Below are positions 1-13,600 of a stretch of DNA of 64,000 nucleotides, piece after piece. Position 1 is the stretch's first letter. Every line of letters starts with the position of its first letter. Location: assembly GCA_964106915.2 (NCBI GenBank), contig OZ066924.1. The stretch is one strand, 5' to 3'. Source of the stretch: Podarcis gaigeae. Its lineage: Eukaryota. The position numbers were made by a program, and so were the translations under genes. The notes under the pieces were generated by a model. The model made no database searches, had not been told where the DNA came from, and saw only the letters and a list, made by a program, of their open reading frames with translations.

Positions 1-21
1 GATAATAGACAACGTGATACG
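1..21 (+). CDS. MCTP1: MCTP1 coding exon, 3' end only (truncated by window start)
   Basis: Reads DNRQRDT followed by GTAAGT donor at 22. Joins in phase 0 to VVEDML at 10603, matching recalled vertebrate MCTP1 ...KDNRQRDTVVEDMLEDEEEE. Confidence 0.88.
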
Positions 22-2064
22 GTAAGTGTCTCTTAAACTTTTTTTGCTGTGGGGGCAGAGGGCAGAAGACCCTTCTCTTCATGGAGGCAGAACTTTGAAG
101 TGGAATTTAAGCAATAAGCCAATTTGGGTGCAGGTTCACCCCTGGAGAGACATTAAGTGATTGCCTCTTAGGCTTTGCAGTTCTACCACACTCCTCACCA
201 TAATAAGAAGTTGAACATCCAAACAAGAGATTCTGTAAATATGAGGACCTTTCATGAATTGCTGCCGTCCTTTTTAAAATCCCAAGGAAACTGGAAAACA
301 CCAGAGACCTGGTGCAAAGTTGTGGATGCCAGAACATAAAATCTTGGCATGTACCTCCTTCCAGCACTTCTCTGATGAAAATGGGGACAATGGGTGGGGT
401 TCAGGGCAGAGTCTGGGAACCCAACAGCGCTGACAGTGGCAGGGCAACACAATCTTGACTTGGAAGTGCAAGGGGAAACTAAAAGCACATGAGAATATAT
501 GGCTCTGGTTGACAGAAAAACAGTGCTGTATGCAGATCAAATAACAAATGCATATTTATTAAAGAGTATTGGTCTAATTTTATAAAACACAGCAATAAGT
601 GACTAGCTGAAGTCCAGTTAATAGATGGTAGATAATAATTATGTACAGGCAGCTACCATTTTGCACAGGGGTTCAGTTCCTGATCTTTGCACGCGTTGGC
701 AGAGTACACATAAGCCCACCCTGTTCTGCCACCATTCTGCCTTCTTCTGAGTCCAGAAAGACCCCTGTGTAGGCAGACATGTGTCAGTTGGGTGCGTGTA
801 AAATGGTTGCTGCAGTTAGAAGCATTTATGAGTACAGGTAACTTGCAGCTTGGGCACATTTAACCTACACAATTTCAGCTTTATGCACCTGATGTATGGC
901 CGGTTGAAATCACACAAACTGAACATAAGGAAAGTGGAGAACTTAAAAAGCTCTTTTTGCACAGGATATTCCCAGTGCAGAAAGAGTTTTTAAGCTTTCT
1001 ACCTCTCTTACTGGGGTTTAGGAGGCCTTTCTTGGGGGATGAGACCCATTCAGTGCACTAGCTCCGGAAGGTAAGATTACTGATACAGGGGTGGTTCTAA
1101 GGGGTTATTTTGACATTCACAATAAGTTGCAAGTTACCTGTACCTCGGAGCACATGTACGTAGAGGGCTGAGTCCAGCATTGGTCCAACGTACCCAAATT
1201 CATGGAGGTTGTCTTTATATTTCAGTGGCTATTAGCCACAGTGGCCGTATTGAGCCTTCATGTGCTTCCTGGAGTCAAGAATAGGAAACAGAAAGGTGGA
1301 CTAGGTGAATCATTGGTTTGATTCACCAAGCTTCCTTTTCTGTTCTTATTCCTCTTTAACATGCTGATATGCATTAAAGAAAATTAAAATGCAGCATCTC
1401 AGAAGGCCTTTGCCCATAGAATGCCTCTCCTACATAACAATCTCAGTTTCCCAATCAATTCCAGCATGAGAGTCTGTAATAATGTTTCAGATCAATGACA
1501 TTATTCACCAAGTTGCTGTCTGATTATGACAGATGGACCAATCTTGTCTCGTCACTTTTAAGTGGCAGGGAAACATTTTCCACCCATATGTATGCTCTGT
1601 TCTACTTTGTAGTATTTTTAACTAATTTTCTAATGGCTTAAAATTTTCTTTTATTTCTGAGTGTTACTACGTGTCCAAGAACAAATACCATTAATCTTTT
1701 TTTTTTTTTGTCTCAGTCTAGATACAAAATGGTTGACTTTTTACAGCAATATATAAAAATAAATGAATGAATGAATGAATGAGAGGGGTTTGCCTTGTGG
1801 GACAAGGAATAGGGCTTCTTCAGTTGTGGAACATCTTCTTTGGAACTCCCCTTCTCAATGAAACATGCTTTGTTGTGTATTACATAGGTGATACTGAGTT
1901 ATAGGGAAGGACCTCAGTAGCGTGTTCTAGATGGGGATATTTCTATTTAGAAATATTTACTTCACTTTATTTCTATACTCTATTTCTTTCTCTTAATGAT
2001 AAAGCTCTTTGGCCTGCTAAGGGCCTCCCCTTTGTGGCCTCTTTTCTTTTCACTCGTTCTAGAA

Positions 2065-2193
2065 CAGGCATAGGCAAACTTCGGCCCTCCAGATGTTTGG
2101 GACTCCATCATCCCTAGCTAACAGGACCAATGGTCAGGGATGGTGGGAATTGTAGTCCCAAACATCTGGAGGGATGGAGTTTGCCTATGCCTG
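2065..2193. mobile_element. hAT-type MITE
   Basis: Perfect 16-bp TIR CAGGCATAGGCAAACT...AGTTTGCCTATGCCTG and perfect 8-bp TSD TTCTAGAA (2057-2064, 2194-2201). Confidence 0.92.
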
Positions 2194-5100
2194 TTCTAGA
2201 AGGTCAGTTTTGGAGAAAAGGAAACAGAATGGAACTCAACTTAGAATAGGTCAAAAGTATTTATGAGCTGAGCTGAAATTGAAAGGGATATTTGACTCTG
2301 ATTACAAAAGTTCACTATGTGTTTTTGAACTGTCACCACCGCCCCCAGTTCTGAAACTCGACAATAAAACAACTGTTATATATTTTGGTCTTCTCCCTAA
2401 GTTTGTGCCAATCTTTCTTTATCATTCTGTTAGTAATGTAAATAGAAACTACAACACAAAACAGTGGTGCCACTGATATAGCCCAGGTGTGGGTCACAGT
2501 TTCTCAGTTGAACACTATTTTAAAATTATTCATTTGTGGGGAGGGGTTTCAGTTTATCATAATTAGCTGCAGCTTTTCCAGTATCTCAAGGTAGTTATCA
2601 AATTAATAAATCAAATATTTGATTAGGATGCAGTTCTATGCAGAAAGGATGGTGATGTGCCTTCCCCATTTATCTTTGCAATGCAAATAAGGAAGTCCCA
2701 GTTCCTACACTTGTTTGGTGCTGCAGTCCACAGAGAGTTCCTCCTTCACGCACTGCAGTTCCCTGTCCCCCATATAAAATTCCCTTAGAGCAATTCAACT
2801 CTCATCTCCTGTGTTTATGCAGTGTTTTTCTCATGACTGAAGGCTACTTTTCAAACAGGGCAGTTGCCATGTTTAGGGGCAGTCTTCTTTCAGGGCGAAA
2901 ATGCTATATTGCTCCCATAAGCAATAGAATGTGTAAATACATGGTTGAGGCTGACCGTGTAAACCATGTCTCCATCCTTATTATGACTGCTGGGTAGTCC
3001 ATTTGTGCCCTCAGACTCTGAAGTCATGCCATAAGTTTGAGCTGCCCAACTAAGGCCTGTAGTCCTATCCCTTTTATCTAGCCGATTGAATGCAATAGGA
3101 CATACTTTTGAGTAGACATGGCTAGGATTCTCTTGTATATACGGTAATAATATTAATAGGAAGAAGTGAAACAATGTTTTCATAACTGTTTATATGAAAC
3201 ATGCTTAACTGCTAAGGTCCAAGTTCCTAACTGATCCCAGCTCCATGATACTAAAATCTCACTTGATAAACTATATTAATTCATTTGTCCCAATCATGCA
3301 TACTTTGAAATCTCCCTTGAATTTATGGGTAATTGTAAATGTGCAGTTTGGGGATATGTGTACAAGAAAATTACAATGGACTTTAAAATCCTTTAGATGG
3401 AGACATAGTTCAAATAAACATTCAATATACTGCATAGTTCTTTGTGAAAAAGGTGAGAAACAGCACACGAACTCATTAAAGATATATACAAGTGTAGATT
3501 TGCAGTAGTCTTGGTATTAACTGTACTAGCATAAAGAGCACATTAAGCTAATAAATTAAAATTGCATATTGCAAATTTACGTTGGATTTACTGTAGTGCC
3601 TGTTTATACTACATAGATCTCAATTGTTTTAAAAATCCGTTGATCATACAAGGCTATTATGTAATGAATTGAATGCATCACAAGTGAAATCCCCACTTCC
3701 TATGAGATGTCTGCCTAAAATTACAACATTAACATTTTCCTTTCCCAGACTAAAGCAATGAAACTTTTGAAAGCATTTCTTAAAAGATCAAGATGCCTTT
3801 CTTTCCACTGCAAAGTACCAGTGCTGCTTTCTTTCAACTTGCTGCCTTATGTAGAGCAATATATTCAACCTTTAGTGGCAAGCTCATCATATTAATTACG
3901 ACATCCAATGGTTCAGTTACCTTGATGACTATGGTAGATGAGATAGCCCAAGGTCAAATGTTTAATAGCGGCTTGGTTTTATTCTTGCTGCCATGGGTTT
4001 TCCAGGTGCTACTGGAAGGAATTTTTTTTGTTTTGACTATGGCAGACCAACACGGCTACCTATCTGTAAATGGGTTTTCCAAATACTGTTGCAGATATGC
4101 TATACAATTAACATCAATTGTTTATAAATGCCTTCTAGAATTTCTACCTGTGTGTAGAAGCAGGCTTTACATGCCTAGCCTGGGGATAACATTGTGCACA
4201 GGAAAGCACATCCTACATAGGTTGCGAGCCTGGTAACTGCAATACTTTGCTTAAGCAGCTTGAGCCTGCATGTGCTTTGTCCACAGGTGCATGTGTTTAT
4301 CTTGAAGCTGCCATTCTGTAAGAGATGGATGTTTTGTTTCAATTACGGCATTTTAAAAAGTTCTTCTTCCACTGTTCTGTGTGAGAGAAGCAGATGCCCT
4401 GTTGTGAAAATGACCACATAAGACTCTGATATTAGGCTTATTGACTGTAGGGAATCTTCAGCTTGACCTAAAGTACTTTCAGATGACCTGCAATAGTCTG
4501 AGTGGTTTTACACATCCTCTTCAATCCATGCACATTCAATAATTTTATATTATAATTATGTGTAAGCACTGTAAATCAACTGACACGCAGACACATATTG
4601 TGGTTTAGATTTTGCAGAGACAAATGGGAGGGCAGGGAATTAAATCAGCTCCAGATTCCTCACGAATCCCTTTGTGTCCCTAGAGTAGAAACATTGACTC
4701 AGGACCCAGTTCTGTTCCCTTTATTGAATAAAAAAATAGTGTCAGGCCACGGTTTCATATTATTTTAGGTCGAAATAAATATACGGTATATGCAAATATT
4801 TGTTTTGGTAAGTTATGTTAACTTCTGTGTACTTTCAAAAAACATCTGAATGACGTCGGAGTGCTCCAGGTTTATCCAGCATTTCACTGGTTGAGATGCC
4901 TACACTTTTTATTATTTTTCAACTATTGAGAATACCCACGACTTGTGATTTTCTGTAGCTTTCATACTTTATATTATGCAATTTAATCAGAATTGTTGTA
5001 TGGCTTTTTAACTTAGGCATTTTTCTGTAGCTTCTTGGTAAATATTAAAGTCAGCTCGATTTTTATTATATATATGCAGGACCATGATGGTGGTACAACA

Positions 5101-5842
5101 GTTAATAAAACAGGACTGCCTATCTTTGTATGGGAAACAGTTTTCTGTGTTGACTGCCAAGTGACAAAAAGGGCCATTCTGCATTTTATTCATTTCAGAG
5201 GTTTACCCGGGTTTGACACCCAAGTGAAGAGTCCATACAGAGTTTCTGTTACCCAAGATTCCCTAAGAAGCATTTCTTTATGAAAAATGATTGCAAATAA
5301 ATGTTGGTAGCATTCATATTCCATATGTTTAGGTGTAGGGCATGATTTAGCCAAAGTGATGTTCTTTTAAGGCATATTGATGTCACAAGGAGAGCTAATC
5401 AAATGCCTTTTCACTATTTTAACTATCATGACCAAAAAGTTCTAAGTAGCTCTGTGATTCTGTAAAACTGCCATATTAATATGACCCTACCTAACAGGAA
5501 TCTAGTTGCAAAGAACAATAATATTAATATACTAATAACCCTGGCTACATGCAGAGGAAATGTGCAGCCATGTGCTGGGTTACATAATAATGTGGGCTGA
5601 TCAAAATAGATATGACAGTTACGTGGAGTGAGCCCATTTTGTTGTGTGCCTGTTTCTACATATAACATTGCATGCATTAGCACACTTGCACATCTACAAA
5701 CCTTCCTCTTTTCACATGTTTTTCGTGTGAAATATCCTTTCACATATTTAAAAGTGCCATTGGTCCGGGGATATTAAACGGTATTACATTGCAATTGGAG
5801 TTATGTCAGCTCCAGAATTTAAAGTCAACTGTGTCCGTGGGA

Positions 5843-5887
5843 TGTTTGTTTGTTTGTTTGTTTGTTTGTTTGTTTGTTTGTTTGTTT
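5843..5887. repeat. (TGTT)n microsatellite
   Basis: About 11 perfect units. Confidence 0.97.
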
Positions 5888-8800
5888 TTTGGTGTGTAGG
5901 TCAGCTCTGTTGCTTGAACCATCTGGGGCTGTTCGTTCTGCAGGGAGCTTTGCTGCTTTCTGCTTCTAGTCTAGCATGCTGTGGTCTGGTTTGCAGAGGC
6001 TGATCTGTGGCAGGACTACTTGGTTGGTTTTGTTTTCCCTCCTTTTGATCAGGATATCAAGCTCCCCAATGTGTCTTTGCATGACACAGAAGGTGAAACA
6101 CCCAGAGAAACACCACTGGAAGTATTGAGTTGAGGGCCAACAAGACCAGTTTGATTGCTATAGCCAATTCAGAGGAAACATAAAGCCAGAATTGAATGGA
6201 GCCAAAACTAGAGTATATTCAGGGTGGTAGGGAATTGAAGTTAGCATAAACCTAGAAGGCAGCCAAGGGAGAGGGATGACTGTGAAGCACCAGGTCCCAC
6301 CTGCTCCTGAGGTTTGGCTGGCCAGACCTTTAGTGTGGCGGGCCCTGCCTTGTGAAACCCCTTCTTGATAGAGGTTTGGCAGGAATCATTCCCAATCACT
6401 GTAGACATCTTTAAAAGAAAAAGAAAAACCTGTGTTAATTAAGCAGGCCCTTAAAAACCGAGATCTTTAAAACCTGAGACCTGCAGTTTCAGTTGAATTT
6501 GGGGAAACCACTTGAAGCATCCATTGTGTCAAGCTATTTCAACTGCTTTTGTCTGATTTGCTCATTTCAAACAGCTGAAAGTCTGTAAATTTTGATAATA
6601 AACCTGATTTGCAATGGGAGTTGAATAATTTCAATTACAACTGTATGAAGGTGCAATTTATAAATATTTAAGTGAAATAAATAAATCTTGGCTACATGGG
6701 TAGGGGGTCAGACAAAGGCCTGAGTCTCATCTGGAACCTTTTAACTTTAGGAGGGTAACCAATGACCTGTAAAGAACAAATCCTTCAGTTGCAAATAACC
6801 TGATTCAGGAAAATAACTCAGAGACCTATGGTGTTGGTTCAACACTCTATGTATCTTACTGAATATAAACTGGATTAACTTCTGTCTCCTTCCAACCAGT
6901 GAAGGTTGGTCTATTAAGGCAAATGGGGTGCTGCCCCGTCAACTTCAGTCTCCTTCAGCCAGCTCACACTTGTCATTATAACCAGTTCCTGGTGGGGAGC
7001 TTCATCCTTCTTATTCTCACACAGTGAAGATGAGGATGGGGACAAAGCTAGAATTCGTTGGTTCTGCCTCTCAATTGGACCTGGCTCCACCCACTGTTGA
7101 GTTCCCTGCCTCCCATCCTCCCTGTTCCAGTGGGCATCAGTCACTACTGCTTCTAACTATATAATTACCTGATTTCAATGTATTCTGCATATTTCAATTG
7201 CAATTATATCTGTTGTGTTGGGATGGATATGGGCATCTAAGCAACTTATGTGTCATGTTGTCTGCTGCCTATTTCTGTTGCATTTGTTATGTGTATACTA
7301 TGATGCTTGCATTCTGGCAGGAGGAAATGATATATGGTCTGAATGGTGTCATACAAATAATTCTGTCTTGCTTTTTTGTCAATAAATACCTTGCAAAGCA
7401 GAAAGGGAAGAGGTTTCTTGAGCCATATTGTGTAATTTATGGCTAAACAGTAAGCACAATAAAGAAACTCGTGTGTAATATGTGAGACCATCTTATCTGT
7501 GCTCTTAAGTGTCATCTATATTCGTATAATAATCATGGATCAGCACCAGGAATTAGGTTCTTTCAATATCTTCCACTGCTATGTGTCATATACATCTGTG
7601 ACAAGTGACATTACAGAAGGTCATGTCACTTTTAACTGCTTGCATTAGAGCTTTCTGATTTCCCCGGTGCCTTTCCTTTGTTTGATTAATAATGCTGGAT
7701 TTCAAGCAAGGTTGCAGACAGCAAAATTTAAAGCACAGATTCTGAAGCAATGTTAAGCATTCCCCCCCCCCTACATAAACCTTAAGTAAAATACTGTTTC
7801 CTTAATGTTTGCCCTATAATATATATATATTTTACTATTTAGATGCTATGCCATCCAAAGGTCTGAGAAGGAACAGCAATGCCTTATAAAGCAAAGCTGA
7901 AATGATCCTAAATAACTACAGAATAAATACAGCTGAAATGTATATGCTGCAGAATAAACTTTCTCTCCAAAAGTCGGCTGCATTACTTGCATTCCCCCCA
8001 ATAACACATGAGTTATTTGAACAGAAAGATAGAACCAAAGACAGAGGATGGAGGGAGTGTTGTTCTCTCACCCCTGAGAACCACACTTTGGTTCCTGCAA
8101 CACCTTCAGGTGATCCTTTGAATCGACAATGAAAATGAAACATTGATGGCCTGCTCCAGCACAAACAGTAGCAGAAGCTACATTAACACTCATATTTTTG
8201 GCACTCCTCCTGTGCTGCTCTTTTCAACATATAAGGATAAAAGGAAGTATTGCTGTTTAGTGGGAAAGCATTGCTAGGAAAGGGATGGGGGAAAACTTAA
8301 AAAAACCCAACACAAGTAAAAATAATGGTCTCTAAAAAGTATTTGTATAAGTTCTTCACACAACTCGATAGACTTCCAAACTGCAGTTCACATAGAAACC
8401 TAGCATTTACGGGCTTCAGTAGTGTGTGGTCAGTGGACTAGGGGGACTAGGCTAGTCCCCTAAATGTTCCCCTGGCACTTCCTTCCCACAGCCTGGGAAG
8501 TTTCTGTCTGGCTTAGGGAGGAAGATGCGATGCCTCTGGCCTGAACTGTTCCCCTATGGGAAATTTCACTGCATGCTGCTGAAGGGCTTCTTCCTTACTT
8601 TCTCCATGACATGTTCATGAATTCCATTTCCTGTTAAGGACAAGCCAGAAATATATTTTCTGATTCTAGCAAGACCTTCCCATCACCACTTATGCCCTTC
8701 CACTTCTCAGCAATATGGGGAGAGATGGCTGGGAAAGAGAAACTAATAGGATAGAGGCAGGCATGCTTCATTTAGTTTTTTTAGCTTTCATCAAGAGTAG

Positions 8801-10602
8801 TTGGGAGGAAATGATCAAGGTTACCTACCCCCGCAGTATTATCAAGGAAAGGGTAAAAAGACCAAATAAATTTTCAATGAGAGTTTGCTCATCACAAATA
8901 ATGACCAATTTGGGATGGAGATTATTCATTGCCATAATTTATTTCTAGAAGGGGAAATACTTCTTTCCACCGTCTGCCCCTTCTCTAGCCTACACGGTGT
9001 ATATCCATTCTCTTACAAGCCTTAGCAGTCACCTCCCCCCCAGCAGCTATTTAATAGGGATAACTACTCACAAAGACTAGTCAGCTTAATAGGCAAACTT
9101 CTCTATCATCAAATCACATTGATGGCCCTGTTTATAATCTGTTCTGAGAAAATGGCTAGGATTAATCTCATGTGTAGAAACAACCTATGGTACAGATTTT
9201 CCTGAATCTTATACCTAGGTAATAGTTACTTTAAATATTTTTTAAAAGCCTTCTTACACATAGAATTTAAGAAACCAGGGTATTTTACATGGTTATTGTT
9301 AGTAGTATTTATTCATCTTTGTATCACAGGTCCATATCAGATATATCTGTGCCCTGCATAATATTTCAATTGGAATCCAAAACAATGAAAACAAAACAAT
9401 TTTGAGGCAAAATACATTAAAGAAATAACCCTAGCCTTCTGCATACAGTGTATTTTTCATGTGAGAGTGTTGTGATCACCTACCTTAAATCTAAACTGTG
9501 TTACAAGAGTTAAGCATGCAAAGTCTTTTGGTACATATTGGCTGTTAATACATATATCAGAAGTCATGATAAGTCATAAAACAAGCCATAGAGAATTTCT
9601 GGTTTGCACATTCCCCAGCCCTCCATTCATCTCCCCATTTCCTACAGCCAGGAGGATGTGTTTGGGCTCTTTCACTTCCCCTTTTGATCAACTACAGCAT
9701 GTTACTTAGTTCAGACTTGGAATTGTGCTTAAATTTTACTATGGTAGCTTCCAGTAGCTATGGTTCGAAGATGGTTTGAAATAACCATATTAATCTTAAC
9801 TGCAGTTTGTTCGTCTTGATAGTATGGCAAAGCACAGTTAAGTAAAACCAAATGCAGCAGTTTCTGGATAAGCAGGGGGAGGGAAGAAGGGAGTGAATGA
9901 GCCTGATGCTCACTGCAGCTTGTTGCCACAACAGACCGTCAGTCATAACCATATGGCCATAGTGTGATCATGCAAAATATGGTTGCAAACTGTCTAGTAA
10001 CTGCAGTAATACTATAAATAATACAGTGTCAACATGCAAATAGTGTCCTGTTAGTGAAGGTCGCAATCTTTCAGTGGTTGAAAGATTGTTTCTTCAATTC
10101 CATTTCTATACTTCTCAATGTGGTCCTTTTTGGCTCTTGGGCTGTGCTGACATAAGCCATAGTTTGCCTTAGTGTGCTATCAAAATCCTAGTTTTGGCTC
10201 TAACCATGAGCCATAATGAAGGTTTGTCCTATACAGGTTACTGCTAATGGTTTGTTCCGAAGAACTAAACCACAAGTCTGGGTTCAAATGACATGCTAAA
10301 CCAAACTATGAATTAGCTGAGTGCCAAACAGCAGCAAAGTGATGAGTGCAGACTTGGTGTGCACATTCATAATGAGCCATGCTTTTTTCTTAACATAGCA
10401 TTCAAATCAGGGCACCATCTTGATGGGATTGCATACAGGACAAAGAGTGTTACCATAGTGTGAATCTGTAGGTTAAATTTTCCTATTGTGCATTTATTTG
10501 GAAATATTTAATAAAGATTTCCAACCACAGAAGGCTTAATGATTTGGCAGAACAAAAACTACCTTGTTGACTCATGACAACTACTCCTGTTTGTGTCTGC
10601 AG

Positions 10603-10656
10603 GTAGTGGAGGACATGCTAGAGGACGAGGAAGAAGAGGATGACAGAGATGACAAG
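10603..10656 (+). CDS. MCTP1: MCTP1 54-nt exon, acidic linker
   Basis: Acceptor tgtttgtgtctgcAG, VVEDMLEDEEEEDDRDDK, donor GTAATT; phase 0-0. Confidence 0.95.
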
Positions 10657-13600
10657 GTAATTATCTTTCCTAGCACTTGGGTACCTGGGGATGGGAGAAT
10701 TTAGACATGACACTGTTCTTGCAGACAGTTAAAAAGGAGCTGAAGTGTTTTTAGTCCAGAAAATTGGACAGAGCTGTTTATCATCCTAACAATGCCAGTG
10801 TATATTGTAGGAAGGGAAAGAAGACTATAAATCCTCCCTTTTTTGTCCAGAGCTGGGTCAATTTTTTTTTCTCCTACCAGGAACAAAAATAATTCAGCTT
10901 GTCTGGAACTTGATAGCTGTTGTGAAGATAACTGCAGTGACAACTGTTTTTGAAGGACAAAAATTTGTCCTGTCTTGAGTATTACAAATAGGGCTGTACT
11001 TACTTGTGGGAAGAAATGTTGTAAAAATAGAAAAGCCACACTGTTTGAAGGTGGTCTATTGCCATCTATAATTTTCTGAGAATTACTTGGCAGAAGAATG
11101 TTTGGTGCGTGTTTCACTCCATATGATATTTAAATAATCACAATTCTCATGGGCCTCTTACAGATGGATTTGGGATGGGTGTTGTGCAGCCCAGCATCAA
11201 CCTAAGGGACTATGGTAGCTCTTTTAGCTCTTGAGAATGTTGCTCAGTTCCTAGGTTGCTGGTCAGGTCGAGGATTTGCCACCACAGTAAATAACAGCTA
11301 GTTTATACAGGTTATTGAAGCAAGCAATAGGACTGCATGGTCGTCCCTAGAGGGGAGGGAAGAGGCACAGAGAGGAAATTAGAATGACCTTGTAAGAGTG
11401 AAGCAATGGCATTAGTTGGCAGGACTGGTTTGTGGGGAAGTAAAAGTACAGCAAGATAAATGTTTTGTTGTGTTTTAAGTTTTGAAATGAGGGCATTTAT
11501 AGAGAAAAGTATTCAGATTCTTTTAAAGCACTTCACGTTAAATACAGAAAACATTGACCTTTACGAACGTTCTTGTACTTCTGTTGTAATAAAGCACTGA
11601 CTTTTTTTAAGGCTAGAGAAAGAAAGAAAAAGTATCTTAATTTATGCCCTTGACCTTTGTTGCTAGTAGAGATGTACAGTTCTGTACCGCTATAAGAATT
11701 CGTAGGCTGGCAGCTACTAAACATTTCAAGTGTCAGAAAATTCACTGTGATTAGTTAGCCCTTTGAACAATTAAGGTCTGTGTTTTGAAAGATGAAAATT
11801 TGGACTATTTCCTTATTATCTTAACATTCAAGAGACAGAGACAGCATTTTTTTCCTTGTACACATTTAAATCATTTTGATACAAGCTGCAATCATGAAAT
11901 AACGTCATACCTAAATTTTCTTTGTGCAAAGCCACGTGTGCTTTCTTTCAGTAGTGTATATGTCTGGCAACAGAATATGTGATTTATTGTGAAGGTCAGC
12001 CATGTAGATGTAGTGAGCTTGTATATTAACTCAAAAGCATTTCTCCTCTGATAAACGTAGGTCTGCTATCCATTTGTGAGTATTTTCCTCCTCTTGTTCA
12101 TATTTCATTATAATTATAGCATATTATATGGGAATGTCCAGTAATTTTTGTATCCATAGAAATATCTGCAACACCTGTAAAATGTATACACATAAGTTAA
12201 GTACTTCTAATATACCCTTTGTTTAAATAAATCTTAGCTACTTAGTAATTAAGGAATTGACCCATTCTTTTTGTTACTAAGTAATCAAGAAAAGTATTTT
12301 ATTGTCTTGTGTAAATTACTTAACAAGCAAAGCATACTAAGCTAAAAATAGCATACTATCTGGAACGGTATTTGGCAGTCTGAATCCAACAAAATGATTC
12401 CAAAATACTTATTGAATATAACTACTCAAACCATGAAGATATGAATTCCGTGCTATTTATTCTTATAGGAAAACGTTTAGACTGAATATTCACAATATAA
12501 TGTTCATAAGTGTCTGGGTTTATGTAACACTATAGTTTGATGCAAATAATGTACACAGGATTATTTTGCAAAGCATTTCTAGAGACTAGACACTGTATTT
12601 TTGGAAGACAACCTTTACATTTGCAGAATTTTAGAAGGATTAGTTTTAGTTCTCCTCCATACCCTAAACTAGACTTGTATTGCATGGATAATTGTGTATA
12701 ATACACAACAAGAGTGAATTCACACATTTTAACGGTGTGTATAATACAGTTTTGAGAGAAAACAAATGTAAATTCTGCAGTGTTGATTGATGCTGACCTC
12801 TAGCTCTCATTACTTTTCTGTTTTCTCATTTGGTAAAATAGCAAAGTGAGGTCAGTGGGTCCCCTTATAGAATAAAAGTCAAAAGATTAATAAATGTGCC
12901 AAAGCCTCACTTTAATTGAAGCTGAAGCATATGTTGCAAGCATATAAAATATGTCCCAGATGTTTGACCATGCCAAGTAACTTAGTTTTCCCCGATTACC
13001 ACAAGGCAACTATTAGTCCAGTAACCTTTGGACTTGGGGGTAAATAGGGTATTACATGGCAGACAACAAGAGCACCTGTTTTCCATTCAATAAAGACCTT
13101 TGGCAAGCTTTGCCTAAACTGCGCCATATGCTTTCACTTAGCAGATAGTTGGGTGATTATGAAAAGTGTCTTTCCTCAGAACTGGTATAGATATTTGCCT
13201 CTTACTCAAAATGAATGGATAACTCCTTGACTACTTCTAGAAAGCCTGTGTGGGCACTCCCTGCAATAGGTTTTTAGATAAAAAGGGTTTTCTCTCTGAC
13301 GGGCCCAAAGAAACTGTAGATTCATGAGCAGAATAATTAACCTTTCTGTGATATATGTTTGTTAGTAGCCTATGAGGAGCTTTTAAGTGGCTGGAGAAGT
13401 GTAGTTCTTGCCCACTTCAGTATTAATCGCATTACATTGTTCTGACTTGCTCTTCCACTGATGTTCAAGTCATGTGCCATAGAACACTCTTACCTTGTTT
13501 GCTGTTATCCTGTTTAAAACATTCTAAATATTACAGTTGAATATTCAGTTGGTTAAATTCAAATCAGTGGGTGATAACCAGTGTCAGTCATACTCAGAGT

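Noticed and set aside
6971-7490. Possible additional solo LTR (TG start, AATAAA at 7381)
   Set aside because: No convincing end or TSD could be identified.
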